From Planctomycetes bacterium RIFCSPLOWO2_12_FULL_50_35 (GTDB taxonomy: Bacteria; Planctomycetota; Brocadiia; Brocadiales; Bathyanammoxibiaceae), in NCBI GenBank assembly GCA_001828605.1, contig MHZB01000026.1, positions 1 to 59,733 of the forward strand: a stretch of 59,733 nt of DNA. The letters run 5' to 3'. This document shows positions 27,724-36,928 of the stretch, in pieces (within the stretch, counting starts at the first letter, position 1; each line of letters begins with the position of its first letter). Below the pieces are notes generated by a model. It was given only the letters and a program-made list of their open reading frames with translations. It was not told the DNA's origin and did no database searches. The translations under genes were made by a program, and so were the position numbers.

Positions 27724-30171
27724 ATGAAGCAATGGTTATTAAGAACCACTGCCATCCTGTCGGTTGGGCTGTTGGTTGCCGCTGGCCATTACGGCAGTGC
27801 ATCGGCCGCCAACGTGAATATAGGTGGCCTAAAACCCGGGACGGCATACTATACCGATTATTGGGGAATCTCCAAAGAGTGGCAGGGTGACGTAAACACC
27901 ATCTTGTTTACACAGTCGCCCAAAACGGCTGCTGGTGACCCGTATCATCAGTATCCCAATTATATCCCCGTGGGTAGCCGTATAACATCAATGAGCCTCG
28001 GCAACAAGCAGGTAAAAGTGCTGACGGCCGATTTCTCAACTGCTTTTGACCCTTGTACGGATTGGGATGGCAAGAGGTTTGCGTTTGCCGCTATCAAGGG
28101 AAGTGGTAGCCCACAGATATGGGAAATGGGCATTGACGGCTCTAATCCCCGTCAGTTGACCGACCTTCCTGGAAGTTGCAGAAGCCCTGTCTATTATCCA
28201 GCCGGTGCGATAGAACCTGGCGAAGGAAACATAGTATGGCGTGATAGGTATTTCGAGGGTGACTGGAAGATCCGCGGAAAGGTCGAAAAGACAGGATTTA
28301 TCCTCTTTGCCTATGCTCCAGATGGCGTAAGGGATGAGTATTACAACCCATTCAGCTACCAGCTTTGGAGGATCGACCCCATTGGTGGAAAGATGCTGGA
28401 GCGTATCACCGGGGCAAAGATGAGCGGTATTGACTCCCCGAAGCTGAATACTGTAGTGGATAAGATAACCTACAACATGAGTTCCGACTTTGACCCCTGG
28501 CTGACCAGGGATGGAAGGGTCGGTTTCTCAAGTACACAGGCTTTGGGCAGCAGGATGTATGGTCATGGCAGGATTGCTATCTTTACCGATAACTGGGATG
28601 GTTCCTATCCTCAGCCGTTCTATGGTAACTGCGAGGGTGAGGGTGAGATAAACCACTCCAGGGTGCAGGCAAAGGAGCATCCTGATAATATGTTGATCTT
28701 CACGGAAGGCCCTTACCAGAATTATGGTGTTGGGCAGTTGTCGGCCGTAAAGTACTCAGCCCCGTTCCAGAGCAGCTACAGGCAAATCTCTGACGGAAAA
28801 GGCTGGTACAGGGATCCGTCCCCGCTTCCAGACGGCAGAATGGCTGTCTCTTATGCGGAGAGGGCGGACTACGGTATCTATTGGTTTGATTTCAATAAGG
28901 GAACCGCTGGTGAGCTGATTAACGACGACCCGAACTGGAACGACCACCAGCCAACGCCTGTTTACAGGAAGTACAAACCTCGTTGGATTAATACGTTTAC
29001 AGCTGGTAAGAACTTCGGCGTTACCGTTGTGACCTACCAGCCTTTCGACCAGGTAAAGATTGAAGGTTACCCGTCCTCTTGGGGAACAGCTTGCTGCTTT
29101 GACACCACCTATACACCTCCTCCAGGAAGTACCACCATCGGAGGTATTACGGTTGGTCCTTATCCATGGCAGTTGGCGAAGGCCCTGAAGCAGGGTGACG
29201 TGAAGGCCGTAAGGACCATGGGTGGCTATCAGTGCAAAGAGCCAGACCCGAAGAGGTTCGCCGTCGGTGCAGGAAAGCACCTGTTGGGCGGAAACCGTAC
29301 AAGCAGCAACTCGGGTACTTCATTTGCCCAGGTCTCAATATGGGGCTATCAGAACGTGTTTGACGACGGCTCTGTAGTAACATCGTGCCCGGCTGATTCA
29401 CCTGCGTTCGTGCAGACCCTGGACGAGAGAGGCATGGCCCTCTGCTCAGAGATGTGGTGGGGTTACCTTAGACCGTACGGTGGTAGAATATGCAGTGGCT
29501 GCCACGACGGTTCTTACAGGGGAAGGGCTTTCAAGAATGAGCATTTTAAGGCCCTTTACAACTGGTGGTATGATGACAGAAGCCACTATGACTCACCGTT
29601 CTTGTTTTCCAACGTGAGGATTGACAAGGATGGCTTATACAAGGGAGTAAAGCACGGTGACGACGTAGTGGTGCCTGCTGACGTGTATTACGGCGGTCCT
29701 TCTGGTACAACTTCTCAGCCGGTAGAAGGTCTTACCAGGGAGAAGTGGAGAACGGTTGACTTCAGAAGAGACATTCAGCCGATTATAGATTCAAAGTGTG
29801 CCAGCTGCCACAACGGGACAATCTCACTCGATTTGAGTGGTGGTGCAAACCCGGTGGATGTCGAGGGCGTCGCTGCTTTCAGCAATGCGTATAACAACTT
29901 GCTCGCAAGGCAGCCCGGCAAAGACCCGTCACTAGGTGGAAAGTACGTACATCCGGCTAGCGCCAGGAACAGCCTGCTCATCTGGAGGCTTTACGAAGAG
30001 ACGCTTAGTGATTTCGTACCAAGGCCTAATCCCTTCCCAGCCGAAGGTAGGCTGTTGCACAATAAGTTCCTCACCTCCGACGAGAGATATCTCTTTGTGG
30101 AGTGGGCGGACATTGGCGCACAGTGGGATAACATCCCAGGTCCTGACTTCTACCCGGGATACCGTGGTTAG
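27724..30171 (+). CDS. hzsA: hydrazine synthase alpha subunit
   Basis: 815 aa, signal peptide. CSGCHDGSY (Tyr at His+4) and CASCH. Blocks ILFTQSPKTAAGDPY, RDRYFEGDW, WINTFTAGKNFGVTVVTYQPFDQVK and SHYDSPF match my memory of anammox HzsA. Confidence 0.92.
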   Translation: MKQWLLRTTAILSVGLLVAAGHYGSASAANVNIGGLKPGTAYYTDYWGISKEWQGDVNTILFTQSPKTAAGDPYHQYPNYIPVGSRITSMSLGNKQVKVLTADFSTAFDPCTDWDGKRFAFAAIKGSGSPQIWEMGIDGSNPRQLTDLPGSCRSPVYYPAGAIEPGEGNIVWRDRYFEGDWKIRGKVEKTGFILFAYAPDGVRDEYYNPFSYQLWRIDPIGGKMLERITGAKMSGIDSPKLNTVVDKITYNMSSDFDPWLTRDGRVGFSSTQALGSRMYGHGRIAIFTDNWDGSYPQPFYGNCEGEGEINHSRVQAKEHPDNMLIFTEGPYQNYGVGQLSAVKYSAPFQSSYRQISDGKGWYRDPSPLPDGRMAVSYAERADYGIYWFDFNKGTAGELINDDPNWNDHQPTPVYRKYKPRWINTFTAGKNFGVTVVTYQPFDQVKIEGYPSSWGTACCFDTTYTPPPGSTTIGGITVGPYPWQLAKALKQGDVKAVRTMGGYQCKEPDPKRFAVGAGKHLLGGNRTSSNSGTSFAQVSIWGYQNVFDDGSVVTSCPADSPAFVQTLDERGMALCSEMWWGYLRPYGGRICSGCHDGSYRGRAFKNEHFKALYNWWYDDRSHYDSPFLFSNVRIDKDGLYKGVKHGDDVVVPADVYYGGPSGTTSQPVEGLTREKWRTVDFRRDIQPIIDSKCASCHNGTISLDLSGGANPVDVEGVAAFSNAYNNLLARQPGKDPSLGGKYVHPASARNSLLIWRLYEETLSDFVPRPNPFPAEGRLLHNKFLTSDERYLFVEWADIGAQWDNIPGPDFYPGYRG

Positions 30172-30201
30172 TAGTTAGGGTTTGAGCTGTGCGGTAATTA
30201 T

Positions 30202-30241
30202 AAAGGCTGACGGGGCCTAGTTGCCCCGTCAGCCTTTTTTT
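30202..30241 (+). terminator. rho-independent terminator of hzsCBA
   Basis: Perfect 15-bp stem aaaggctgacggggc / gccccgtcagccttt, 6-nt loop, 7-T run. Confidence 0.85.
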
Positions 30242-30372
30242 GTGATAAGCAGTGCTTGGGGTTGTTAGAGTGACAAACCAGTTGCCCACCGGCTTTTGCG
30301 GAACTGATGTATAGAATCTTTTCAGGAGTCTCATTTACCGAGGGTCACTATCCCTTCGAGAAAAGGAGGGTG

Positions 30373-30972
30373 ATGGTGATGGATTGTATAAAAAGGCTGT
30401 TATCAGTTGCTGTACTTGTAACTTTGATTTGGTCTCTTCCCGCCGCCTATGCAGCCTCAGTAGTAGAGAATGAAAGACGCTTGAGAGAAACCAAAAAATG
30501 TCCCAACTGCGACCTGCAAGGCGCCAGCCTTGCGTACGCTCACCTGGTTGACGCCGACCTGAGCGGTGCCATACTGCAGAGTGCCGACCTGCGCAATACT
30601 AATCTGAGCGGTGCGAACTTATACGGAGCTAACTTGGGCAATGCCAAGGTGAACAATGCTAACCTTACACGCGTTGACCTTAGGCGTGCCAATCTGGCTG
30701 GTGCGGACTTGAGCGCTGCCAACCTTCGTGCGGCTGACGTACGCGACGTTGACCTGCGTGGTGCCAACCTGCGTGGCGCAGATCTGACCCACACCGATCT
30801 GCGCGGCGCCGACCTTCGTGCAGCCGACCTGCGCGATGCTGAGATGACTCGTGCCGATTTGCGCACTGCCCAGGTAATTTACGCCGACATGCGCGGCGCC
30901 AAAGGTATTATCCCGGAGCATAAGGCGGATCTTCGCAATCGCGGTGCCAAGGTTGACGAATCTCCGTTCTAG
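30373..30972 (+). CDS. secreted pentapeptide-repeat protein
   Basis: Signal peptide MVMDCIKRLLSVAVLVTLIWSLPAAYA, then about 25 consecutive A(D/N)LxG-type pentapeptides (ADLSGAILQSADLRNTNLSGANLYGANL...). AAAGGAGGG SD site before ATG 30373. Confidence 0.85.
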   Translation: MVMDCIKRLLSVAVLVTLIWSLPAAYAASVVENERRLRETKKCPNCDLQGASLAYAHLVDADLSGAILQSADLRNTNLSGANLYGANLGNAKVNNANLTRVDLRRANLAGADLSAANLRAADVRDVDLRGANLRGADLTHTDLRGADLRAADLRDAEMTRADLRTAQVIYADMRGAKGIIPEHKADLRNRGAKVDESPF

Positions 30973-31099
30973 ACCTTTCCCGCAAGGAGTCGGATTAGAT
31001 ATACTCAAGGGTCGTGTGATTATGGCCTGAAGGACAGGGATAAGTTCGTGCGTTTTTTCATCATATCTGCATACTCCACCGATGGTTCTCAAAAATATC

Positions 31100-31127
31100 T
31101 TGACAGCAAATGGTTTCTTAGTATAAT
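31100..31127 (+). promoter_or_regulatory. consensus sigma-70 promoter of the HAO-like gene
   Basis: TTGACA, 16-nt spacer, TATAAT (both hexamers perfect). About 160 nt upstream of ATG 31294. Confidence 0.65.
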
Positions 31128-31293
31128 TCAGCGATATTTCGTGTTGAGGTCAAGTGGAGGGAACTTGAGAGGAGGGGTTTGTACGGTTTCTAAACTCTTG
31201 CCACAGAAGTCCTTGCTAGCCCCAAAAGACATCTTAGATAACCTTCACTTAGAATTACTAAAGAAGAGCATAGAGAAAGGAGACAAGCCGGGT

Positions 31294-32973
31294 ATGAAAA
31301 TTCTTAGGGGACCTTTAGCATACTGCACCATTCTGGCGATGGTGGGGCTTCTCCTGTTAGGTAGTCAGGGTGTGTCTTTGGGCAACCCGGATCCTACGTT
31401 TCAGGAGGTAGCGTCATCGATTTATGGCCAGCCTGTGGGCAAGGGTGATAGTGGTGACCTATATGTGTTTGGTCTCACCTCGGAGTATGTCCAGCCGGAG
31501 TACGTAGACGGTGTAGGACCGTACAAGTCATTTACAAAATTCTTACCTGTAGTGCGTTGGTACAGACCGCAGGAGTACTGGGTTAACAAGAACAGTGTGG
31601 AAGGTGTGTTTAAGACGGAGGAGTGTGTGCTCTGTCACTCCGTGCAGACGCCGACCATTGTGAACGACTGGAGAGCCAGCGGTCACGCCAACCCGAGACC
31701 GGACGCCGAGGCCGCTAAAAAGTATTATCTAGGCGACCCGGCCGCGATGGCCCAGAAGGCAGATGCTATAGCAAAGAAAATCGGTGAAGATATAACGGTA
31801 GTTGGATGTGACAAGTGTCACGGAAACGACCACCAGAAGCTTCAGATGCCTACCTGGCAGACATGCCAGAAGTGCCATCCCGAGCAGACGGCCGGGCATC
31901 GTTCCGGCGGACTTGGCTCGCACACCCATGCATGGACGGTGAACGTGTTGGAGTTCTCCTGGCAGCTTGGGAAACCACCGGAGGAAGTCAACGGATGTCA
32001 GGCATGTCACGCCATAATAGAGAACAGGTGCGACGGCTGTCACACCAGACACAAGTTTAACGCTGCTGAGTCCAGACAGGCCCACGCATGTAGGTACTGC
32101 CACCTGGGTGTAGACCACAGGGAGTGGGAGATGTACAGCACCTCCATGCACGGCATACTTCATGACGAGGAGCAGTCTATACAGGACTGGACAAAGCCTC
32201 TGAAGAAGGGTAATCACAGGGTACCTGGCTGTGCGTACTGCCACATGCAGGAGGGCGACCACAACGTACAGAGGTTTGGTACAATCTATAGTGACATGGG
32301 TATGTTTGAGGTAGACCGTGGCGCGCCGAAATGGGCGGCAAAGAGGGAGGCATGGATAAAGAAGTGTATGGATTGCCATTCTCCCAACTTTGCAAGGGAT
32401 CAGTTGAGGTCGATGGACTATGGTGTAAGGTTGAGCTTTACCAAGTGGCGTGAGGCCGCTAACGTTATCGTGGGTTGTTTCCTCGGAGGCGAGCTGGACC
32501 CCATGCCGACGGACCTTGCTCCGGACTGGTACGGTCACTATACCTTCAGTCTGTTGCCAACCGGAGACCCCAGGTTTTATAACGTTTCCGACCTAGAGAG
32601 GATGGGGCTTGAGATGATTTGTTATCTCACGGATAACGTGTACAAGGCCCTCGCCCACATGGCTATTTACAACGCCACTTACGGGACGGGCGGTGCCTTT
32701 GAGCAGGACCGTATGCTGATTCAGATTAAGGCTGAGGCCAGCCGTCTGAAGAGGTTTAAGGCCCTTGAGCAAAAGGTCGGAATTGAGTACAAGGCTCAGC
32801 CGTATTGGAAGCATGGCGAGTACTTGGACCTTCTGACCGGTTGGAAGAGGAAGGAAGGCGACGTGGACCTTGCCTGGTTCCAGAGGAACGATATCCCGCA
32901 TCGTCATAACGCCGATTCGGGTCTGGAGGCCCATGTTCCAGAGGTGCACGGAAGTCCTGTTCACGGTCAGTAG
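31294..32973 (+). CDS. octahaem hydroxylamine-oxidoreductase-like protein (HAO/HOX family, all eight sites canonical)
   Basis: 559 aa from ATG 31294 (SD site agaaaggag), signal peptide. Eight CXXCH with HAO spacing, including CDKCHGNDH, CDGCHTRHKF, CRYCHLGVDHREW, CAYCHMQEGDH. Candidate cross-link Tyr in NATYGTG. Confidence 0.85.
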   Translation: MKILRGPLAYCTILAMVGLLLLGSQGVSLGNPDPTFQEVASSIYGQPVGKGDSGDLYVFGLTSEYVQPEYVDGVGPYKSFTKFLPVVRWYRPQEYWVNKNSVEGVFKTEECVLCHSVQTPTIVNDWRASGHANPRPDAEAAKKYYLGDPAAMAQKADAIAKKIGEDITVVGCDKCHGNDHQKLQMPTWQTCQKCHPEQTAGHRSGGLGSHTHAWTVNVLEFSWQLGKPPEEVNGCQACHAIIENRCDGCHTRHKFNAAESRQAHACRYCHLGVDHREWEMYSTSMHGILHDEEQSIQDWTKPLKKGNHRVPGCAYCHMQEGDHNVQRFGTIYSDMGMFEVDRGAPKWAAKREAWIKKCMDCHSPNFARDQLRSMDYGVRLSFTKWREAANVIVGCFLGGELDPMPTDLAPDWYGHYTFSLLPTGDPRFYNVSDLERMGLEMICYLTDNVYKALAHMAIYNATYGTGGAFEQDRMLIQIKAEASRLKRFKALEQKVGIEYKAQPYWKHGEYLDLLTGWKRKEGDVDLAWFQRNDIPHRHNADSGLEAHVPEVHGSPVHGQ

Positions 32974-33000
32974 TACAGCTGGAATCATTTGCTAAGAACC

Positions 33001-33040
33001 AGGAGGGTAGCAGGGATTTTTGCTACCCTCCTGTCATTTT
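33001..33040 (+). terminator. rho-independent terminator after the HAO-like gene (just before trpB)
   Basis: Perfect 12-bp stem aggagggtagca / tgctaccctcct, 8-nt loop, tail gtcatttt. Confidence 0.7.
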
Positions 33041-33078
33041 GGTGTGGTGTAGTTTTTTACTTAGGAGGTGCTTATATA

Positions 33079-34320
33079 ATGGGCACAGGTGTTGCAAAAT
33101 CTGTAACAACGCAAAAGCTTGTAAATGAGAAGGGGCGTTTCGGAAGGTTCGGAGGCAGGTACGTCCCTGAGACGTTGATTCCCGCGCTTGAACAGCTTGA
33201 GCGGGAGTATCTTGCCGCTAAGAAGGACAGGGACTTCCAGAAGGAATTAAACTATTATCTGAAGGAATATGTAGGGAGACCATCACCTTTATATCTGGCC
33301 GAAAGACTGGGGAAGCGTTTGGGTGATGTGAAGGTATATTTAAAGAGAGAGGACTTAAATCACACGGGCGCCCACAAGATAAATAATACTTTAGGTCAGG
33401 CACTTCTGGCGAAGAGGATGGGCAAGCGGCGAATAATCGCAGAGACAGGCGCCGGGCAGCACGGTGTAGCCACGGCCACGGCGTGCGCTATGTTTGGCCT
33501 GGAGTGCGAGGTATATATGGGAGAGGAGGATATGCGACGTCAGTCCCTGAACGTATTCCGCATGAAGCTCCTCGGCACGAACGTTATACCGGTTAAGACC
33601 GGTTCAATGACGTTAAAAGACGCTACCAACGAGGCTCTGAGGGATTGGATGGCCTCGGTTGGAAATACTCACTATATATTGGGTTCCGTCGTAGGTCCAC
33701 ACCCGTATCCTACAATGGTAAGGGATTTTCAGTCTATAATTGGCAAGGAAGCAAGGGACCAGATCCTTGAAAAAGAAAATCGGCTTCCTGACTGTTTAAT
33801 TGCCTGTGTGGGTGGCGGCAGTAATTCAATAGGGCTGTTCCACCCGTTCATTGAGGACGAAGGTGTGCGGATGATAGGTGTGGAGGCTGGCGGTATCGGC
33901 TTAAAAGTTGGTGAGCATGCAGCAACACTTTCTTACGGAAAGGTAGGGGTCTTGCACGGCAGTATGAGCTATGTGCTTCAGGATGATGACGGTCAGACTC
34001 AGCCAGTTCACTCCATATCGGCCGGCCTGGACTATCCAGGTGTGGGTCCTGAGCATAGTTACCTCAAGGACATAGGCAGGGCAGAGTACGTGTCTGTGAC
34101 TGATGCCGAGGCGCTGGAGGCCTTCCAGGCATGTGCCAGGTCAGAAGGCATAATTCCCGCACTTGAGGCGGCACATGCCCTGGCTTATACCATGAAGGTT
34201 GCACCCTCTTTAGACAGGGGGAGCGTAATTCTTGTCTGCCTTTCCGGCAGTGGAGATAAGGACTCCTTTGAGGTTGCTGCAAAGCTGGGAATAAAGATTA
34301 ATTCACCAGCTCATGGATAA
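33079..34320 (+). CDS. trpB: tryptophan synthase beta chain
   Basis: [21 protein letters not shown] (PLP lysine), GGGSN. AGGAGG precedes ATG 33079; the track ORF extends upstream through the terminator. Confidence 0.95.
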   Translation: MGTGVAKSVTTQKLVNEKGRFGRFGGRYVPETLIPALEQLEREYLAAKKDRDFQKELNYYLKEYVGRPSPLYLAERLGKRLGDVKVYLKREDLNHTGAHKINNTLGQALLAKRMGKRRIIAETGAGQHGVATATACAMFGLECEVYMGEEDMRRQSLNVFRMKLLGTNVIPVKTGSMTLKDATNEALRDWMASVGNTHYILGSVVGPHPYPTMVRDFQSIIGKEARDQILEKENRLPDCLIACVGGGSNSIGLFHPFIEDEGVRMIGVEAGGIGLKVGEHAATLSYGKVGVLHGSMSYVLQDDDGQTQPVHSISAGLDYPGVGPEHSYLKDIGRAEYVSVTDAEALEAFQACARSEGIIPALEAAHALAYTMKVAPSLDRGSVILVCLSGSGDKDSFEVAAKLGIKINSPAHG

Positions 34321-35125
34321 CAGGATTGACCAGAGGTTTAAGCTACTAAAGAGCAAAAAGGAATCCGCCTTTATCCCCTTTATAACCGCCGGTGATCCGA
34401 GCCTCGAGGTTACCAGGGGACTTATACTGGAACTAGAAAGATGTGGCGCCGACATCATAGAGCTCGGCATCCCTTTTTCTGACCCTATCGCAGACGGCCC
34501 CGTCATACAGGCTTCCTATTATAGAACACTTGCCAAGGGACTCAGGGTAGAAGACGTCTTCCGCTTAGTTAAAGATGTAAGAAAGGAGACGGATATTCCC
34601 ATCGTTTCTATGGTGTCCTATAGTATCGTCTTCAAAATTGGTGTGGAGAAATTTTTGGTAAGTGCCAAGGAGTCCGGTTTCGATGGCGCCACTATCCCGG
34701 ACTTACCCGTAGAAGAAAGTCAGGCGCTAATTCGTTCTGCAAGCGAGAAAGATTTTCGTATAGTTTGCTTCGCCGCCCCGACCACAACCCCTGACCGCAT
34801 GGAACAAATTGCAAAAGGCACACAGGGTTTTCTATACTACATGTCCGTTGTAGGGATAACCGGTGTAAGAGACAGTTTACCCAAGGACATGAAGGAGAAT
34901 ATCTGTAGATTAAAGAGGTTGACAGATAAGCCTATTGCACTTGGCTTTGGCATCTCAACGCCTGAGCAGGCCAAGATAGCAGGCAGTGTGGCTGACGGTG
35001 TGATTGTGGGCAGTGCCCTGATAAAAGAGTTGGAGCGCAATATCGACAAGTCCCCGTCCGAGATTATAAAGGCGGTTGGACAGCTTGCAGGGAAACTGTC
35101 TGCGGGTGCCAAGGGCAGGGTTTAG
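34313..35125 (+). CDS. trpA: tryptophan synthase alpha chain
   Basis: 270 aa. [27 protein letters not shown]. Overlaps the trpB stop by 8 nt. Confidence 0.95.
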   Translation: MDNRIDQRFKLLKSKKESAFIPFITAGDPSLEVTRGLILELERCGADIIELGIPFSDPIADGPVIQASYYRTLAKGLRVEDVFRLVKDVRKETDIPIVSMVSYSIVFKIGVEKFLVSAKESGFDGATIPDLPVEESQALIRSASEKDFRIVCFAAPTTTPDRMEQIAKGTQGFLYYMSVVGITGVRDSLPKDMKENICRLKRLTDKPIALGFGISTPEQAKIAGSVADGVIVGSALIKELERNIDKSPSEIIKAVGQLAGKLSAGAKGRV

Positions 35126-35185
35126 ACGTAATTTTGGCATTCTGTAAGGTATTTGGTGCCGCAAGGTAATGGGTTGGAAATTCTG

Positions 35186-36400
35186 ATGGGCAAAGCGGAC
35201 ATTTCGTCAAGATCGATAGAGATAGCCCCTGGTGTATTTTGGGTCGGTGTACTGGACCGCAACCGCACTATCTTCGACAGTTTTATGAGCCTTCCTTACG
35301 GGACCACGTACAACGCCTACCTGGTTGTCGGCAGAGACAAAATAGCGCTGATTGACACGGTCAGTTCTGAGTTCGGCGACGTCCTTATAAAGAAGATAAG
35401 CGACGTGGTGAGACCGGAAGATATAGATTACTTGGTGATGAACCATGCTGAACCGGACCACGGTGGGTCAATACCGAAGGTGTTATCTATTGCCAAAGAG
35501 GCCAGGCTGGTTGCCTCAAATAAGGGGGTGGGCGTAGCAAAACTATTCTACGACGTCCAGGAAGAAAGGGTCACAGCCGTGGGAGACGGGGCGCATATTG
35601 ACCTTGGCGGCAAGACACTGAGATTTATAGACGCACCTTGGCTTCATTGGCCGGAGACAATGTTTACCTACTGCGAAGAGGACAAGGTCCTTTTCAGTTG
35701 TGATTTCCTCGGCGCCCACGTGGCGGCAGATAAGATATACGAAGACGAAGTTGGCGACATAGTGCTTGCCGAGGCCAAGAGATACTATGCCGAGATTATG
35801 ATGATATTTATAAACCCTCTCAGAAAGGCGCTCGATAAGTTGGATGGGTTAGACATTAAGATAATAGGTCCAAGTCATGGGCCTGTGTACCGGAACCCAC
35901 GGCGCATACTGGATGCCTATAACAAGTGGGCAAAGGGCCCTTTGGAAAAGAAGGCGGTAGTTATTTATGTGTCCATGTATGGCAGTACCGCTGCACTGGA
36001 GAAGACGGTGGTTAAGGCCATGGAAGAAGAGGGGATTGATGTGGTAGCTTACAACATGGTAAGGTCAGATGTCTCCCACATAGTTACGGACCTTGTGGAT
36101 TCCAGTGCCATAGTCTTCGGCTCACCGTCCTTTTACGGAGGTATGCATCCCAGGCTTGCCTCCTCGGTGGAGCTAATTAGGAGTATCAAGCCTCGGGGTA
36201 AGGTAGTGGCAGTGTTCGGTTCTTATGGTTGGGGAGGTGGAGCCGCTAAAGAAATAAAGGCCAGGCTGGCGCCGGCCGGCTTCGATGTGATAGAGACATT
36301 GGAAATAAAGGGCCCTCCCAGGGAAGAAGCTCTGGATAAGGCCCGTGCCCTTGGCAAATTGGTCGCAGATAAGGTGAAGGAAATCTTGGCGAAGAATTAG
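35186..36400 (+). CDS. flavodiiron protein (metallo-beta-lactamase plus flavodoxin; O2/NO reductase type)
   Basis: About 404 aa. Di-iron motif NHAEPDHGG, C-terminal flavodoxin-like domain (VVIYVSMYGSTA...). Confidence 0.88.
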   Translation: MGKADISSRSIEIAPGVFWVGVLDRNRTIFDSFMSLPYGTTYNAYLVVGRDKIALIDTVSSEFGDVLIKKISDVVRPEDIDYLVMNHAEPDHGGSIPKVLSIAKEARLVASNKGVGVAKLFYDVQEERVTAVGDGAHIDLGGKTLRFIDAPWLHWPETMFTYCEEDKVLFSCDFLGAHVAADKIYEDEVGDIVLAEAKRYYAEIMMIFINPLRKALDKLDGLDIKIIGPSHGPVYRNPRRILDAYNKWAKGPLEKKAVVIYVSMYGSTAALEKTVVKAMEEEGIDVVAYNMVRSDVSHIVTDLVDSSAIVFGSPSFYGGMHPRLASSVELIRSIKPRGKVVAVFGSYGWGGGAAKEIKARLAPAGFDVIETLEIKGPPREEALDKARALGKLVADKVKEILAKN

Positions 36401-36582
36401 CTTTGGACAAGATATTCTGATATTTCACCTATGTCGTCCGGGGTGAACTCAGAATTGCAGTAAAGACATATAAAAGAGGTTACAACTTTTCCGCATGCAG
36501 GACAACCCGTCTGGACGGTCTCTGTCTCGTCAGAAAACCTTGTTTCCTTCTGGCATACGGGGCAGCCAACAATTTTTAACAT
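36397..36582 (-). CDS. small triple CxxC zinc-ribbon protein, hypothetical
   Basis: 61 aa. CPVCQ, CPACG, CLYCN. Convergent with the flavodiiron gene and overlapping it by 4 nt. Confidence 0.45.
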   Translation of the reverse strand: MLKIVGCPVCQKETRFSDETETVQTGCPACGKVVTSFICLYCNSEFTPDDIGEISEYLVQS

Positions 36583-36760
36583 CGTATGTTTTTATCTTAT
36601 ACGCCTTGCGTAAGGGCAGTGAAATTAATGTCTTATGTTTCTAAACCCAGCATATAGCCTTTTGTCGAGACGGTCAATCTTCTCGAAAAGATGCGTTTAT
36701 TTATAGTCCATGAGGAGCTGCTATTTTAGGCATTCTTTTAAGTAAAAAGGGGTTTTTTAA

Positions 36761-36788
36761 TTGACATTTAAGATGACATCTCTATAAT
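36761..36788 (+). promoter_or_regulatory. consensus sigma-70 promoter of hydrazine dehydrogenase
   Basis: TTGACA, 16-nt spacer, TATAAT (both hexamers perfect). Confidence 0.65.
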
Positions 36789-36928
36789 GTGTCTTTCTTA
36801 GCCACAGATACCAATCTATACATATAAAGTATAGTAGTATTTGGAAAGGAGGTGTAAGGTAATTGGGGAAAGGAGGAGGAGTTACAAGGTCTATGAATAG
36901 ATCTAGGAAAGGAGGAGGACGTTTTAAC

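Noticed and set aside
30540-31092. Antisense ORFs 30540..30866 (-) and 30619..31092 (-) opposite the pentapeptide-repeat gene
   Set aside because: They are artefacts of the periodic GC-rich pentapeptide coding repeat, which stays open in several frames. The sense frame has the signal peptide, the SD site and the canonical A(D/N)LxG periodicity.
31048-31293. Upstream in-frame extensions offered by the ORF track: HAO-like from 31048, trpB from 32989, TPR from 38758, FGE from 42796, purH from 54877, sdhA from 47854
   Set aside because: The extensions run through promoters, terminators or the preceding gene. Internal ATGs with good SD sites give canonical N-termini or signal peptides.
31729-32538. 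269-aa antisense ORF inside the HAO-like gene, and likewise 37182..37967, 37424..37846 and 38078..38692 inside hdh
   Set aside because: The sense frames carry eight correctly spaced haem motifs and HAO signatures. The antisense products are low-complexity with no motifs or translation signals.
36397-36582. Calling the 61-aa CxxC protein a rubredoxin partner of the flavodiiron protein
   Set aside because: It lacks the rubredoxin CxxCG...W.CPxCG spacing and aromatic core, and it has three rather than two Cys pairs. It is kept only as a hypothetical zinc ribbon.
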